This document shows, piece by piece, positions 17,435-28,750 of a stretch of 64,000 nucleotides of DNA. The stretch comes from Turneriella sp. (GTDB lineage Bacteria; Spirochaetota; Leptospiria; Turneriellales; Turneriellaceae), in NCBI GenBank assembly GCA_965279515.1, contig CBDIID010000003.1:4672001-4736000 (forward strand), read 5' to 3'. The stretch's first letter is position 1; each line of letters begins with the position of its first letter. The translations under genes were made by a program, and so were the position numbers. The notes under the pieces were generated by a model. It saw only the letters and a list, made by a program, of their open reading frames with translations. It did not search any database and was not told where the DNA came from.

Positions 17435-19890
17435 TGCAAATTAATCTGCGGGAAGTTAAAGAATCGTTCGTCGCGACTTCGCGTGACATTCTGCAGAAAG
17501 CAGAAAGCGTGCTTTTGGAAATGGAGCGCGAAGGCGGTGCGGCACATTTCGCCGAGTTGCTGCGCGCCATCCATACGATTAAAGGTAATGCGGGCATTTT
17601 TGAGCTTGAACCCTTAATTGCCCTGTGCCATGCTTTTGAAACCCGTTTCACCCTGGTACAGGCCTCGGGCGCTGCACCCGAAACCGGCATTATCGACCTG
17701 GGCCTGACGGCCATCGACCGCATGCGCGCGATCATCGCGGCGATGGATGACAAGGAAAAAATCGCGGGGCTCGATAATAACGATCTCATCCATGAGCTCG
17801 AAAATAAGCCAGCCGACCCGGCGGCGAAACAAGGTATTGCGGACGGCAAGGTTCCGGGGCACGGTTTTGACCGCCTGCGTGACAGAACGAGTAAAATCCG
17901 TCTGCCCGAAAAATATTTTAATATAGCCAAGCGCGAGAACCACTACCTGATTTTTCTCGTCATTGACCTGGGTGACCAGGATGCACTTTCCGCGGCGGAT
18001 TTTTTCTCCTCTTTAGCTACACTCCACAAATCGCAGCGCCTCTTGTCGCTGGGCGTCTTGCGTAAGGATTTCCAGGGCGACGCGCCCAAAGGTCCCTTTC
18101 TCCCTTATTTCCTGATTCTGAGCACCACGGAGCGCGCCGAAGAAATCGCCGCGCGACTTAAGGTCAAAATTGTCCTCTTCCATTATTTTCTGCATCCCGA
18201 AGTAAAACAACAAACCAAAACGCCGCACCCCGCCGGTTCACCGCGCGGCGAGCATGTACGTGAAACCCACCTCAAGGTGCATCTCGACCTGCTCAACAGT
18301 CTTATCGACATTACCGGAGAGATCGTGCTGACGCGCAATGCGCTTGTGCGCCGGCTCGATACCGTCGTTGACCAGGGCCTGGCAGCATTCACAAAAAAAC
18401 TCAGCTACCTGGTCACCGATCTGCAGGATAAAGTGATGAAAACCCGCCTGCAGTCGCTCGACGTGCTTTTTCACCGCTTTCCCCGCCTGGTGCGCGAAAC
18501 GGCGCAGCAGACCGCAAAAAAAGCCGAGCTGCGCACCGAAGGCGGCGAGATCGAGATCGACAAGGCCATCATCGATGAAATCGCCGATCCGTTGGTGCAT
18601 ATCATCCGTAACGCGGTTGATCATGGCATCGAAACTCCCGCTGAGCGTATTGCGGCAGGCAAGCATGAAAGCGGTACAGTCGTGCTCACGGCACGCTCGC
18701 GCGAAGGCAACATCGTTATCCGCGTCGCTGACGACGGCCGGGGGCTGGATCCCGAAAATATTAAGGATACCGCCATCCGCAAAGGCCTGATCTCGCGCGA
18801 AGCCGCTGCCGCGGCGACGCCACAGGAAATTACCGAATACCTTTTTCTGCCCGGCTTCAGCACCAAGAACGAAATCACCACGATTTCGGGCCGCGGCGTC
18901 GGTATGGATGTGGTGCGCACCAATATCATGCGCCTCGGCGGTTCGGTGGAGATTTCCGGCGAGCCGGGGAAAGGTTCTGCGATTGTGATCGTGATTCCCC
19001 AGACGCTGTCTATCCTCACCTGTCTCTTGATTGAAATGGGCGGTGCCCGCTTCGTCGTACCGCAGCAGAATATCGTCGAGGTTGTAACGATCGACCCCGC
19101 GCGCCTGAAGAATATCCAGAACAAGGAAGCGTATGAACTGCGTTCGCGCCTCTTGCCGATCGTATCCGGCGCGGAGATGCTGGAACTCGATGGCCCGGCC
19201 CTGACCGCCCCGTATCTCGTCGTGGTGCGCACGGAAAAATATCATTATGGTCTGAAAATTCAGCGCGTGCTGGAGAAAGAAGAAGTTGTCGTGAAAGCCG
19301 TGCCGCAGTTTGGCCAGGACCGCCAGATCTTTGCCGGGGCTGCGATCATGGGCGATGGCACGATCGCACCGATTCTCGACGCGGCGCTGATCGGCAAACA
19401 GGCGGGACTGCAGCCAAACGTTGAAGAAAAAACCACAGGACATGAAACTAAAAAAATTGCCGATGTGGCGCTACGCTATCTGCTCTTCCGCGTACACGAA
19501 CGGAAGGTCGCCTTCCGTATCACATCGCAGCCGCGAATCGAAAGCATCGATCCGGACAAGATAGAAACTGTCGTCAACCGGCGCGTGGTTCATTACCGCA
19601 ACGAAGTCATTCCGATCCTGTCGCTGGATTTCCTCGGCGGGGATCAATCCGCCGTTCTGACCAATCTCATCATCGTTCAGGCAGAGGACCGCCGCTATGG
19701 CATTCTCGCCAGCGAGATCATGGATATTCTGCCCGATAACCTGGCGTTGCGGCGCGAAACCGGCGACCGCAGCGAGATCGAGGGTTATGCGATTCTCGCC
19801 GAAGAAACTGTCATTGTCATCAACCTGGAAACATTAATGCGCGGTGCATATGCCGAACCGGCGCTGCAGATCGCGGGAGCTAACGTATGA
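17434..19890 (+). CDS. cheA: Chemotaxis histidine kinase CheA (Hpt-dimer-HATPase-CheW-CheW)
   Basis: HTIKGNAG, HIIRNAVDHGIE, DDGRG, GFST..SGRGVGMDVV. Confidence 0.96.
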   Translation: MQINLREVKESFVATSRDILQKAESVLLEMEREGGAAHFAELLRAIHTIKGNAGIFELEPLIALCHAFETRFTLVQASGAAPETGIIDLGLTAIDRMRAIIAAMDDKEKIAGLDNNDLIHELENKPADPAAKQGIADGKVPGHGFDRLRDRTSKIRLPEKYFNIAKRENHYLIFLVIDLGDQDALSAADFFSSLATLHKSQRLLSLGVLRKDFQGDAPKGPFLPYFLILSTTERAEEIAARLKVKIVLFHYFLHPEVKQQTKTPHPAGSPRGEHVRETHLKVHLDLLNSLIDITGEIVLTRNALVRRLDTVVDQGLAAFTKKLSYLVTDLQDKVMKTRLQSLDVLFHRFPRLVRETAQQTAKKAELRTEGGEIEIDKAIIDEIADPLVHIIRNAVDHGIETPAERIAAGKHESGTVVLTARSREGNIVIRVADDGRGLDPENIKDTAIRKGLISREAAAAATPQEITEYLFLPGFSTKNEITTISGRGVGMDVVRTNIMRLGGSVEISGEPGKGSAIVIVIPQTLSILTCLLIEMGGARFVVPQQNIVEVVTIDPARLKNIQNKEAYELRSRLLPIVSGAEMLELDGPALTAPYLVVVRTEKYHYGLKIQRVLEKEEVVVKAVPQFGQDRQIFAGAAIMGDGTIAPILDAALIGKQAGLQPNVEEKTTGHETKKIADVALRYLLFRVHERKVAFRITSQPRIESIDPDKIETVVNRRVVHYRNEVIPILSLDFLGGDQSAVLTNLIIVQAEDRRYGILASEIMDILPDNLALRRETGDRSEIEGYAILAEETVIVINLETLMRGAYAEPALQIAGANV

Positions 19891-20324
19891 GTATCGAAAC
19901 AGGTGAATATCTTTTGTGGCAATCGGGCGAGCGTGCCTTTGGCCTGGAGCTGCCGCATTGCCGTGAAATCGTCAACGGCGTGGCGCTGACACGACTGCCG
20001 CGAGCGCCGCTGTTTGTACTGGGCCTTGCGAATCTGCGCGGCAACGTCATTTCAGTTCTCGATCTCGAAATTCTGCTCGGTTATAAAAAGACCGCTGCCT
20101 ACCGCAGCGAAACGAATCTGATACGGCTGCGCACAAACGGTTATCCGATAGCGGTCGCTGCCGACAAAATCAGTGATACTGTCTTTCTGACAGAGGTCGA
20201 ACTCGAACGCGCGCCCGCGAACCTGAGCGAAGGCGAAAACAATTTCATCCGTCTGGTGGCAAAACTTCCGGGCGGCATCGTACTTATCCCCGATCTGAAT
20301 TCCATCGCGGCTAAGATTCAATAA
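19887..20324 (+). CDS. cheW: CheW coupling protein
   Basis: LTRLPRAPLFVLGLANLRGNVISVLDL. Confidence 0.92.
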   Translation: MSIETGEYLLWQSGERAFGLELPHCREIVNGVALTRLPRAPLFVLGLANLRGNVISVLDLEILLGYKKTAAYRSETNLIRLRTNGYPIAVAADKISDTVFLTEVELERAPANLSEGENNFIRLVAKLPGGIVLIPDLNSIAAKIQ

Positions 20325-20342
20325 AAAGCATAAGGAGAAACC

Positions 20343-21920
20343 ATGCGCAACAACCAACCCATAACAAACCGGGAAAAACCCATACCACAGGGCGCGACCC
20401 TCGTGTCGAAAACCGACCCTAAGGGGGTCATTATCTATGCGAGTAAAGACTTCAGCGACGTATCGGAGTACGAAAACGACGCAATGGTCGGCGAACCACA
20501 CAACATGGTACGCCACCCGGAGATGCCCCAGGCGGCGTTCGCCGATTTGTGGGAGCGCATCAAGAACGGCAGGCCGTGGCGCGGCATGGTCAAGAACCGC
20601 GCGCGCTCGGGCGACCACTACTGGGTCGAAGCGCAGGTTTCGCCGCAATACAAAAACGGTCGCCTCGCCGGATTTATGTCGGTGCGCCGGCCGCCGACAC
20701 GCGCGCAAGTGGAAGAGGCAGAAAGACTCTATGCGAAACTGAACAAGCAGGGTAAGAACGCACAGGTCGATTCGCGCAGCGGTATCCGTAAATTCCTGAA
20801 CAGGATTCCGATCAGTGTGCGCCTGGCCTTTTTGGTCACCGGATCGATTGCCACGGGTTTGGTTCCCCTCGCGCTCTTCCTTTTGGGCTATCCCGCGATT
20901 TTTATTGTCGGTGCGGGCCTCACCATCGGTGTCTTGAAATTGCCGGTACTGTTGTGGACGCGGGCGAATGTGCTAAAACACGTGAAGCTTGCCAACGAGT
21001 TGCTGAAAGATATGGGCGAGGGCGATTTTACCCGCTCGATCGATATCCGCGACAGCAGTGAGACAGGCCGCGTTCTTGAATCGCTGCAGATCATGAATAC
21101 GAATATCTCCGGCCTGATTTTCCAGATGATTGAAACAGGTAAGGATCTCAACTCCGGAGCAAAAGTACTCGCCGATTCCAGCCAGAATTTGTCCTCCGGG
21201 ATTGAGCAGATCTCACAGCAAACCACCACGATTTCATCAGCGGCGAACCAGATGAACCAGAATCTGCAGGTGGTCTCCAGCGCCGTCGAAGAGATGTCGA
21301 TATCGATCGGCGAAGTGGCCACCAAGGCCTCAGAGGGCGCACGGGTTTCCAAGGAAGCCGCGACGATTGCCGCGGAAACACAGGGCCTGGTACGCGACCT
21401 CGGTAACGGTGCAGAAAATATCGGCAAGGTTATCGAGATCATTGCCAAAATTGCCGAGCAGACAAATATGCTCGCACTCAATGCTTCCATCGAAGCTGCG
21501 GGGGCCGGTGAAGCCGGTAAAGGTTTTGCCGTCGTTGCATCAGAAGTTAAAGAACTGGCGAAACAGACAGCCGCGTCGTCTGAAGATATCAAGAAGCAGA
21601 TCCAGGCAATACAGAAAAGTACAGATGAGACGATTCAGGCGATCGGTAGCATCACCGGCATCATCACACGCGTCAATGAAGGTAATGCCAGCATCGCGTC
21701 CGCAGTCGAAGAGCAATCGATGACGACAAAAGAGATCGCCAGCAATGTTAACCAGATTTCCAGCGCCTCGGGTGAAATCAATAAGAACATTTCCGGTATC
21801 AGTATGGCAGTCACCGATAGCGCGAAAGATGCGCACAAGATATCCGAGTTGTCATCCGGGCTCAAAAAATTGTCCGACTTCCTCTCGGGCACGGTAGAGG
21901 AGTTCAAAGTCATCAAATAA
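20343..21920 (+). CDS. aer: Aer-type PAS methyl-accepting chemotaxis protein
   Basis: [62 protein letters not shown]. Confidence 0.88.
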   Translation: MRNNQPITNREKPIPQGATLVSKTDPKGVIIYASKDFSDVSEYENDAMVGEPHNMVRHPEMPQAAFADLWERIKNGRPWRGMVKNRARSGDHYWVEAQVSPQYKNGRLAGFMSVRRPPTRAQVEEAERLYAKLNKQGKNAQVDSRSGIRKFLNRIPISVRLAFLVTGSIATGLVPLALFLLGYPAIFIVGAGLTIGVLKLPVLLWTRANVLKHVKLANELLKDMGEGDFTRSIDIRDSSETGRVLESLQIMNTNISGLIFQMIETGKDLNSGAKVLADSSQNLSSGIEQISQQTTTISSAANQMNQNLQVVSSAVEEMSISIGEVATKASEGARVSKEAATIAAETQGLVRDLGNGAENIGKVIEIIAKIAEQTNMLALNASIEAAGAGEAGKGFAVVASEVKELAKQTAASSEDIKKQIQAIQKSTDETIQAIGSITGIITRVNEGNASIASAVEEQSMTTKEIASNVNQISSASGEINKNISGISMAVTDSAKDAHKISELSSGLKKLSDFLSGTVEEFKVIK

Positions 21921-21930
21921 GCCGATCTGC

Positions 21931-22959
21931 ATGAAGACACAAATACTCATCGTTGACGACTCCGAAGTTTACCGGCTTTTTCTGAGGAAAATTCTCGAAG
22001 CCGAGAGCGACATTGAGGTCGTCTCGGTGGCCTCGAACGGCCGCCTGGCGCTGCCCCGGGTGAATCATTATAAACCCGAGGTCGTGCTGCTGGATTATGA
22101 AATGCCCGAACTCGACGGACTGGCGGCGATTCCCGAAATCAAACGCCTGTCGCCGCATAGCCGCATCATCATGTTTAGCGCGCACACGACGCGCGGCGCC
22201 CGCCTGACGCTGAAGGCGCTCGAGGCAGGCGCCGACGATTTTATCACGAAACCCTCGGGGAACCTGAGCGGTGAGGTTGCAGAGAGTATCCGCCGTGAAC
22301 TGGTTGAGCGCATACGGGCGTTTTCTGCGGCCAGGGTAAAAGCCGCTGCGCCGGTTGCGGTTTCAAAACCCCGGTCAGCGACGGCGAAAAAAAAATTCCG
22401 CTACTGCGCGATTGGTATTTCAACCGGTGGACCGACTGCGCTGCGGCGTATCTTTAAACTGATTCCGAAAAGCATCCATGGCAGCATTTTTGTCGCGCAA
22501 CATATGCCGCCGTTATTTACCGCGCAACTCGCCGAAAGCCTGTCCGAGGAGTCTGAGCTCAAAATTGTCGAAGCTGCCAATGGCATGAGGCCCGAGCCTG
22601 CCTGCGTTTATATCGCTCCCGGCGGCAGGCAGATGAGGCTCGATGCGTCCGACGGGATAAAAATCGTCATTGAAGATGGCGATCCCGGTGAGCTCTGCAA
22701 ACCTTCGGTGAATAATCTCTTCTATTCTCTCGCAGCCCTGGCCCCCGAAAATACGCTGGCGGTCATCATGACAGGCATGGGTGAGGATGGCTACCTGGGT
22801 ATGAAACAGCTTGCCGCGAGCGGCGCCTACCTGATGGCCCAGGCTGAGACCGACTGCGTGATATTTGGCATGCCCGCGAAGCCAGTGCGGGATGGCATCG
22901 TCCATGAAATTCATGCGGCCGAAGAGCTGGCGAGAAAAATAACGGAGTACCTGAGCTGA
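21931..22959 (+). CDS. cheB: Chemotaxis methylesterase CheB (REC-CheB)
   Basis: Receiver; GISTGG, QHMP, TGMGEDG triad intact. Confidence 0.95.
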   Translation: MKTQILIVDDSEVYRLFLRKILEAESDIEVVSVASNGRLALPRVNHYKPEVVLLDYEMPELDGLAAIPEIKRLSPHSRIIMFSAHTTRGARLTLKALEAGADDFITKPSGNLSGEVAESIRRELVERIRAFSAARVKAAAPVAVSKPRSATAKKKFRYCAIGISTGGPTALRRIFKLIPKSIHGSIFVAQHMPPLFTAQLAESLSEESELKIVEAANGMRPEPACVYIAPGGRQMRLDASDGIKIVIEDGDPGELCKPSVNNLFYSLAALAPENTLAVIMTGMGEDGYLGMKQLAASGAYLMAQAETDCVIFGMPAKPVRDGIVHEIHAAEELARKITEYLS

Positions 22960-23819
22960 TGTCTGATACAGTGATGCCGCAAATTGCGCAGGCGATCAAA
23001 CGCCTGACCGGGCTTCATATCGAGCCCGAAAAATATTATCTTTTCGAACACCGTTTCCCCGAAGTGATGCGCGAATTTGCAATCGCTGACTTCACCGCGT
23101 TGCTTTTGGAAATCCAAAAGGGGATTAACCTCGAATTTATCGGGCGCATTATTGAAAAGATCACCACGCATGAAACGCGATTTTTCCGCGACGAAAGTAT
23201 TTTCGATGCCCTTGCTGAGCAGATTATTCCCGAGTGGAAGGAACGCTCCGCGATTGCCGGTGATACGATTGAATATCCGCCGCTGAAAATCTGGTCAGCA
23301 GCCTGTTCTACGGGGCAGGAAGTATATTCGATCGCCATGATGCTGGCCGAAACGCATCCCTACCTGGTTAAAAAAACGCAGATTCTCGCGACGGACATTT
23401 CCGCTGAATCCGTCGAGCGCGCTTCCAGGGGAGTTTATTCCGAGTTTGAGATCTCGCGCGGTCTTCCGGAGAAATTCCGCAACCGCTATTTTGTCAAAGC
23501 GGCAGGCGGTGGCGCGGTCAACAAGGCAATTTTACCGGCCATGGAATTTCGCGCGATGAACCTGCTGCAGGAGCCTTTTCGTGAAACCTTTGATATCGTT
23601 TTTTGCCGCAACGTCGCCTATTATTTTGCCCCGGATACGCGCATCGAGCTTTTCCGGAAAATGCGCGGGGCCGTGAAAAAAAACGGTGTTTTGGTTCTCG
23701 GTTCCGCCGAATCGCTGGATGGCTCGCTCAGCGACTATGTGCTCCGTGAGTTCGGGCTGGCGCGCTATTACGAGGTGAACAACGAAAATGTAACCATCTT
23801 CGCGCGCCGCCGGGATTAA
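22959..23819 (+). CDS. cheR: Chemotaxis methyltransferase CheR
   Basis: THETRFFRD, IWSAACSTGQEVYS, FCRNV. Confidence 0.95.
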   Translation: MSDTVMPQIAQAIKRLTGLHIEPEKYYLFEHRFPEVMREFAIADFTALLLEIQKGINLEFIGRIIEKITTHETRFFRDESIFDALAEQIIPEWKERSAIAGDTIEYPPLKIWSAACSTGQEVYSIAMMLAETHPYLVKKTQILATDISAESVERASRGVYSEFEISRGLPEKFRNRYFVKAAGGGAVNKAILPAMEFRAMNLLQEPFRETFDIVFCRNVAYYFAPDTRIELFRKMRGAVKKNGVLVLGSAESLDGSLSDYVLREFGLARYYEVNNENVTIFARRRD

Positions 23820-23864
23820 GAAAAATCGTGGCGACGCCGGGAAAATAGCCTCTTTCATGACATT

Positions 23865-26435
23865 ATGAATCCGCCGGGAATACACGTTGCGACGCTATTC
23901 CTGCTGACTGCGGTAGGTTCCCTCGCGATCAGCCTGTGGCCTCTTGCCTTGCGGCGCGGCCGCCTCGCGCATGTTGAGGGTATGGCATCATGGGCGCTGG
24001 CCTTGCTGCTGTCCGGAGCAGGTTGGACGATCTGGACTCTAATCGCTTTCGGTTTCGCACCTCCATTGGCCGTCAGTATTCTGGCGACATGCCTTTTGGT
24101 TTCTGCCTTGCCCCTGCAACTGCGGGCTTTTTCGCGATTGCTGGGAGCAGAGTTCTCCATCGTGCAGCACGCGGTTTTACTTTCGGTAACCGTGCTGTTA
24201 CTCATTTATTTTGCCTTTTTGTTTCCGAGTCTACCTCTGCGGATAACTGTGTCCTCTTTTTACGCAGCATGGATTGCGGTCTCGCTGATTCGTATTTTCT
24301 TTCGGTTTGGCCATCACGCATCGCGTTCCACTCTGTCGTTACTGAAGGGATTCTATGCTATTTCCTGTATCGCCATGATTGCGCGGGGAGTTATTGCCCT
24401 GGGGCATGTCGATGGGGCGCAGTTGAATATTATGACTCCGGACGTGACGCAGACGATCCTGTTCGTGTTCTTTTTTTTATCCGCCCTGATTCCATCTTTC
24501 GGTTTCATTTCGCTCTGCAACGATATTCATATGGAAAGTATCAGGGAAACCGGTGATCTGCTTGATTTTGCCCTCGATTCCACCGTTGACGCGGTCTGGG
24601 ATTTCAATTTCAGGACGGGCGAGGTTCATTTTTCAAAACGTTGGGAAGAAATGCTCGGTTTCAAGAAGGGCGAACTGCCGGATGATATTAAGAGCTGGGA
24701 GGCGAGGATTCATCCGGAAGATTTGCTTCTGCTGAACGAGGCTTTCTGGCAGTACTCGATCGGCAATGTTCCCGAGTATGAATGCAACCAGCGGATTCTC
24801 GGTAAAAACGGCGAATATGTCTGGGTCAAGGACCGCGGTATCATCGTCAGCCGCGATGAGCTGGGCAACCCCCTGCGTTTTGTCGGTACCATGAAGAACA
24901 TTGACGCCGAAGTGAAACGGAAAGATGATTCTATTAAAAACAATATGTTGCTGGAGAATATTTTCGAAAATTCTCCGGTGGGCATGGTGCTCATGAACAA
25001 AAGCCGGCAAATTATCAAATCGAACACTGCGGCGAGAAAAATGTTTTCGCTGACGCCGGAAGTTTTGGCCTCGCACTCATATGCCCGGCGCCCGGTATTG
25101 ACGCCGGCAGGAGAAGCCGGCAGTAACGATGAAATGCCGTCACGACGCGCATTAGATGCGCCCGGCGTGGTCCAATCGCAGTTTTACGGAATACGCTTCG
25201 AAGATGATTCCGTCCGTTGGTATGCATCGCAGTCCGTTTTTGTTCCGGCGCTCGATTTGATTTTAAGTTATTCGCTCGATCTGACCGATCTCGAGAGTGC
25301 GCGCCTCGCCCTGCATAAGAGCGAAATGAAATTCCGCCAGGTTTTCGACGTCTTACCCGTCGGGGTAAGGTTATTGTCTCGCGATGGCAGCGTGTCTGTG
25401 TTCAACAGCGCAGCCATCGATCACGCCAACATGAATGCCGTGAATTTCAGCAGCGGAGGGCCCCAGGAGTATTCCTTTTATTCCATCGATAATCTGCCGA
25501 TTGAGTTCAAGGATTTTCCGACAGTCAAGGCAGCGCGTGCGGGGGAGGCTTTTCACAATTTTGTTGTGGGCCACGATATTTCAGGGTCGCGGCGTTGGTT
25601 CAATGTCAGTGTCGATCCGATGCCCGATCTGAACCTGTCAGTCTATATGACGGTCGAAATTACGGAGCTTGTCAATTCACGCAACGCCTATGAGGAACTC
25701 AGCCGGAAACTGGAAGAGCGCGTCGCCATGCGTACCTCTGAGCTGGATTTTATAAATAAGGAGCTCGAATCGTTCAGCTATTCGGTTTCGCATGACCTGA
25801 GGGCGCCCCTGACGCGGATCCAGGGTTGGGTTAACGCCTTGGCCGAAGATTTCAGGAACCGGCTGGGGGAAAAAGCGGAGGGCTTTCTCGCGCATATCCG
25901 CACGGAAGTGCTTCGTATGGAGGGCATGATCCGCGCGACCATGGCATTGGCGAAGGCTTCGACGGTTCCGCTGCAGGCAAGCGATATAGATATCAGCGAG
26001 CGCGCCGAGGCGATTGTCGCAGAACTGCGCGATGAATTTCCCGCGTTGCCGATTAGTCTCAGCGTGGACGGTAAGATACACGTACGCGGTGATCAGGCGC
26101 TGATCGACGTGATGCTGCGGAACCTGTTGCACAATGCCGTAAAATTCAGCAGTAAAAAACCGCAGGCGGATATCCACTTTGGTTCGGTTCAGGGCGCGGA
26201 TGATAAAACCGAATATTTCATCGCCGATGCCGGCGCCGGGTTTGATCCGCGTTTTGCCGACAAGCTTTTTGCGCCGTTCCAGCGCCTTCACAGCGAAAAA
26301 GATTTCACCGGTACGGGCATTGGCCTGGCTACAGTCAGGCGGATACTCCATCGCCACGGCGGCATCATCCGTGCGGAATCGGCGCCGGGAAAAGGCACGA
26401 AATTCTTTTTCAGTCTTCCGGGGCTTCAGGAATGA
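23865..26435 (+). CDS. Membrane sensor histidine kinase (about 7 TM, multiple PAS, HisKA, HATPase)
   Basis: ELESFSYSVSHDLRAPL, NLLHNAVKF, DAGAGF, GTGIGL. Confidence 0.93.
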   Translation: MNPPGIHVATLFLLTAVGSLAISLWPLALRRGRLAHVEGMASWALALLLSGAGWTIWTLIAFGFAPPLAVSILATCLLVSALPLQLRAFSRLLGAEFSIVQHAVLLSVTVLLLIYFAFLFPSLPLRITVSSFYAAWIAVSLIRIFFRFGHHASRSTLSLLKGFYAISCIAMIARGVIALGHVDGAQLNIMTPDVTQTILFVFFFLSALIPSFGFISLCNDIHMESIRETGDLLDFALDSTVDAVWDFNFRTGEVHFSKRWEEMLGFKKGELPDDIKSWEARIHPEDLLLLNEAFWQYSIGNVPEYECNQRILGKNGEYVWVKDRGIIVSRDELGNPLRFVGTMKNIDAEVKRKDDSIKNNMLLENIFENSPVGMVLMNKSRQIIKSNTAARKMFSLTPEVLASHSYARRPVLTPAGEAGSNDEMPSRRALDAPGVVQSQFYGIRFEDDSVRWYASQSVFVPALDLILSYSLDLTDLESARLALHKSEMKFRQVFDVLPVGVRLLSRDGSVSVFNSAAIDHANMNAVNFSSGGPQEYSFYSIDNLPIEFKDFPTVKAARAGEAFHNFVVGHDISGSRRWFNVSVDPMPDLNLSVYMTVEITELVNSRNAYEELSRKLEERVAMRTSELDFINKELESFSYSVSHDLRAPLTRIQGWVNALAEDFRNRLGEKAEGFLAHIRTEVLRMEGMIRATMALAKASTVPLQASDIDISERAEAIVAELRDEFPALPISLSVDGKIHVRGDQALIDVMLRNLLHNAVKFSSKKPQADIHFGSVQGADDKTEYFIADAGAGFDPRFADKLFAPFQRLHSEKDFTGTGIGLATVRRILHRHGGIIRAESAPGKGTKFFFSLPGLQE

Positions 26436-28660
26436 GCGCTCCGGTTCAACCCAATCTCCGGGTTTTGATTATTGAAGATTCTGCGGCAGATGCCGCCCTG
26501 GTGGAAAGGGAAATTCAAAACCAGGGATACAAGCTTGTTTCCAGGCGCGTGGAAAACGAGGCTGAGCTCAGGTCGGCGCTGGCTGCCCCCTGGGATATTG
26601 TGTTGTCCGACTTCCGCCTGCCGCAACTCAATGCGATATTTGCGCTGCAAATCCTGAAAGAGCTGGAGTGCAATATTCCTTTCATTGTGGTTTCGCAGGC
26701 GATCGGCGAAGATATGGCCGTTGAGCTGATGCGGTCGGGGGCCTCCGATTACATTATGAAGGCGTCGCTAAAACGTCTGACTCCGGCTATTGAGCGCGAG
26801 CTGCGAGAAGCCGGCCGCCGGAGCGCCGCCGCCAGGGAGCTGCGTGATCACGAGAACTTTCTCGAGTCGGTGATCCATAACCAGCTGAATGGCGTGGTTG
26901 TGGTCAATCACCGCGGCGAGATAACGCTTACCAATGAAAGCGCTGAACAGATTCTGCAGATGCGGAAGGACCCCGCCACCGGGGCGATTATCGATGAGAC
27001 GGCGATGTGTACTTTCATCGATATGGAAAATGAACCTCTCGAGGCGGATAACCTGCCGGTGGCACTCGCTTTGCGCACGGGGAAAAAAGTTTCTGCAATG
27101 CAATATGGGGTGGTTTTTCCGCGCGGCAATCTGAAATGGTTATCCGTTTCTGCCTCGCCGATTACCGACGAAAACGGCAATCTGATCAATGTTGTCTACA
27201 GCTGCCTTGAGATCACCGAAATTATCGAAACGCAGAAAAGAAACCGTTTTCAGCTGCAGCAACTGAAGTTACAGGATGAAGCCATCAATAATTCGATGAA
27301 CGGAGTGATCATCGTCAACGCAAAACTTGCAGATATGCCGGTTGTGTATGTGAACAAGGCTTTTACCCGGATTACCGGGTACGAGGCGCATGAGGTTCTG
27401 GGACGTAATTACAAGTCCCTGCAAAGTGCGGGGGCGGACCAACCTGGACTCTCATCGATGTATACCAAGCTGCAAAACGGTGAAGGTGGCGAATATCTGG
27501 TACGCAATCATAAAAAAGACGGTACGATGTTCTATGCCCGGGTCAACACTGCAGTCGTGCGCAACGAAGCGGGGGAGATCGGTCACTTTGTTGCAATACA
27601 GAACGACGTCACGGAGCGAATCCTGATTGAGAAACAGCTGGAGATCGGCTGGGAGCGGATGCAGCTGGCGCTGCGCGGGGCGCAGCTGGGCATGATCGAT
27701 GTCGACTACGAAACCAGGGAAACGTATTATAGTTCGCGTTTCGCTGAAATCATAGGTTATACCCCGGCTGAATTACAGGCATCGATCGTTAGCTGGCGTG
27801 ATTTGATCCATCCCGATGAACTGGCTCAAACCGACCAGTTAGCCAATGATCTCATTGCCGGCAAAACCGAGCAGCTCGAAACCGAGGTCCGCTTTCGGCA
27901 TAAAGACGGACACTGGGTCTGGGTGCTTATCCGTGCAAAGGTTGTCGAACGTTCAGCCCAGGGCGTCGCGAAACGCGCTATCGGCACCGTGCTGGATATC
28001 AGCCAGCGTAAAGCCCAGGAAGAGAGAATTCTGGAACTGACGCAGAGCCTGATGCAGATTGCCGAGGCCGAACGCTCTGAGATTTCCGGGGAACTGCACG
28101 ACGTGGTCGGCCAAAGCCTGGTGTTATTGAAACTGAATGTCGTAAAATTTCTTCAGGCCGCGGGGATGCGCGACGAAACCAACGAGAATATGCTCGTTCA
28201 ACCCATCGCCGACACCTTGCAAAAAGTGCGCGAGATTTCGCGCCGGCTGACACCAAGCCACATGCAAAAAGTCGGCCTGGGGTTAGCGATTGAAGATATG
28301 CTCCAGGGGGTAGCGCGCCTTTCAGGCATAAAGATTTCCTGGAACCTCAATGCTCTCGAAGGCTTTTTTCCTTCGGACTGGAATATCCAGGTTTTTCGCG
28401 TCGTCCAGGAAGCGGTTACGAATGCACTCAAACATGCGGAGGCCACACAGATCAATGTGACGACGCAACGCCTCGAAGAAAATCTGGAAATCGTGATCGC
28501 AGACAACGGACGAGGCTTTTCCGGTTCGGCAGAGACGCCGGGGTTGGGGTTTTCGATTATGCGTGAAAGGGTTCGTGGCCTGCGCGGCCATATTTTCTGG
28601 GCGCCGGCTCAACCGGGCACCTCTGTTCATGTTGTGCTGCCAGCAACACCCATTCCTTAG
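26432..28660 (+). CDS. REC-PAS-PAS-PAS-HisKA_3 hybrid histidine kinase
   Basis: N-terminal receiver (LIIEDS..LSDF.LP); ISGELHDVVGQSL; QEAVTNALKHA; DNGRGF. Confidence 0.92.
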   Translation: MSAPVQPNLRVLIIEDSAADAALVEREIQNQGYKLVSRRVENEAELRSALAAPWDIVLSDFRLPQLNAIFALQILKELECNIPFIVVSQAIGEDMAVELMRSGASDYIMKASLKRLTPAIERELREAGRRSAAARELRDHENFLESVIHNQLNGVVVVNHRGEITLTNESAEQILQMRKDPATGAIIDETAMCTFIDMENEPLEADNLPVALALRTGKKVSAMQYGVVFPRGNLKWLSVSASPITDENGNLINVVYSCLEITEIIETQKRNRFQLQQLKLQDEAINNSMNGVIIVNAKLADMPVVYVNKAFTRITGYEAHEVLGRNYKSLQSAGADQPGLSSMYTKLQNGEGGEYLVRNHKKDGTMFYARVNTAVVRNEAGEIGHFVAIQNDVTERILIEKQLEIGWERMQLALRGAQLGMIDVDYETRETYYSSRFAEIIGYTPAELQASIVSWRDLIHPDELAQTDQLANDLIAGKTEQLETEVRFRHKDGHWVWVLIRAKVVERSAQGVAKRAIGTVLDISQRKAQEERILELTQSLMQIAEAERSEISGELHDVVGQSLVLLKLNVVKFLQAAGMRDETNENMLVQPIADTLQKVREISRRLTPSHMQKVGLGLAIEDMLQGVARLSGIKISWNLNALEGFFPSDWNIQVFRVVQEAVTNALKHAEATQINVTTQRLEENLEIVIADNGRGFSGSAETPGLGFSIMRERVRGLRGHIFWAPAQPGTSVHVVLPATPIP

Positions 28661-28724
28661 GTAGTTCTACCTAAGTCATGCCGTAAGCCCCTTGATTGAC
28701 ATCCGGCAATTTTCATGCTAAACC
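28656..28724 (+). promoter_or_regulatory. Palindrome CTTAGGTAG-TT-CTACCTAAG plus promoter of first cheY-like gene
   Basis: Core box 28658-28673; TTGACA 28696, 17 nt, TAAACC 28719. Confidence 0.75.
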
Positions 28725-28750
28725 AGCTCATCAATTTGAGCGGAGGCTTT

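Noticed and set aside
18238..19443. 401-aa antisense ORF in cheA
   Set aside because: Codon-bias shadow on the opposite strand; no recognisable domain
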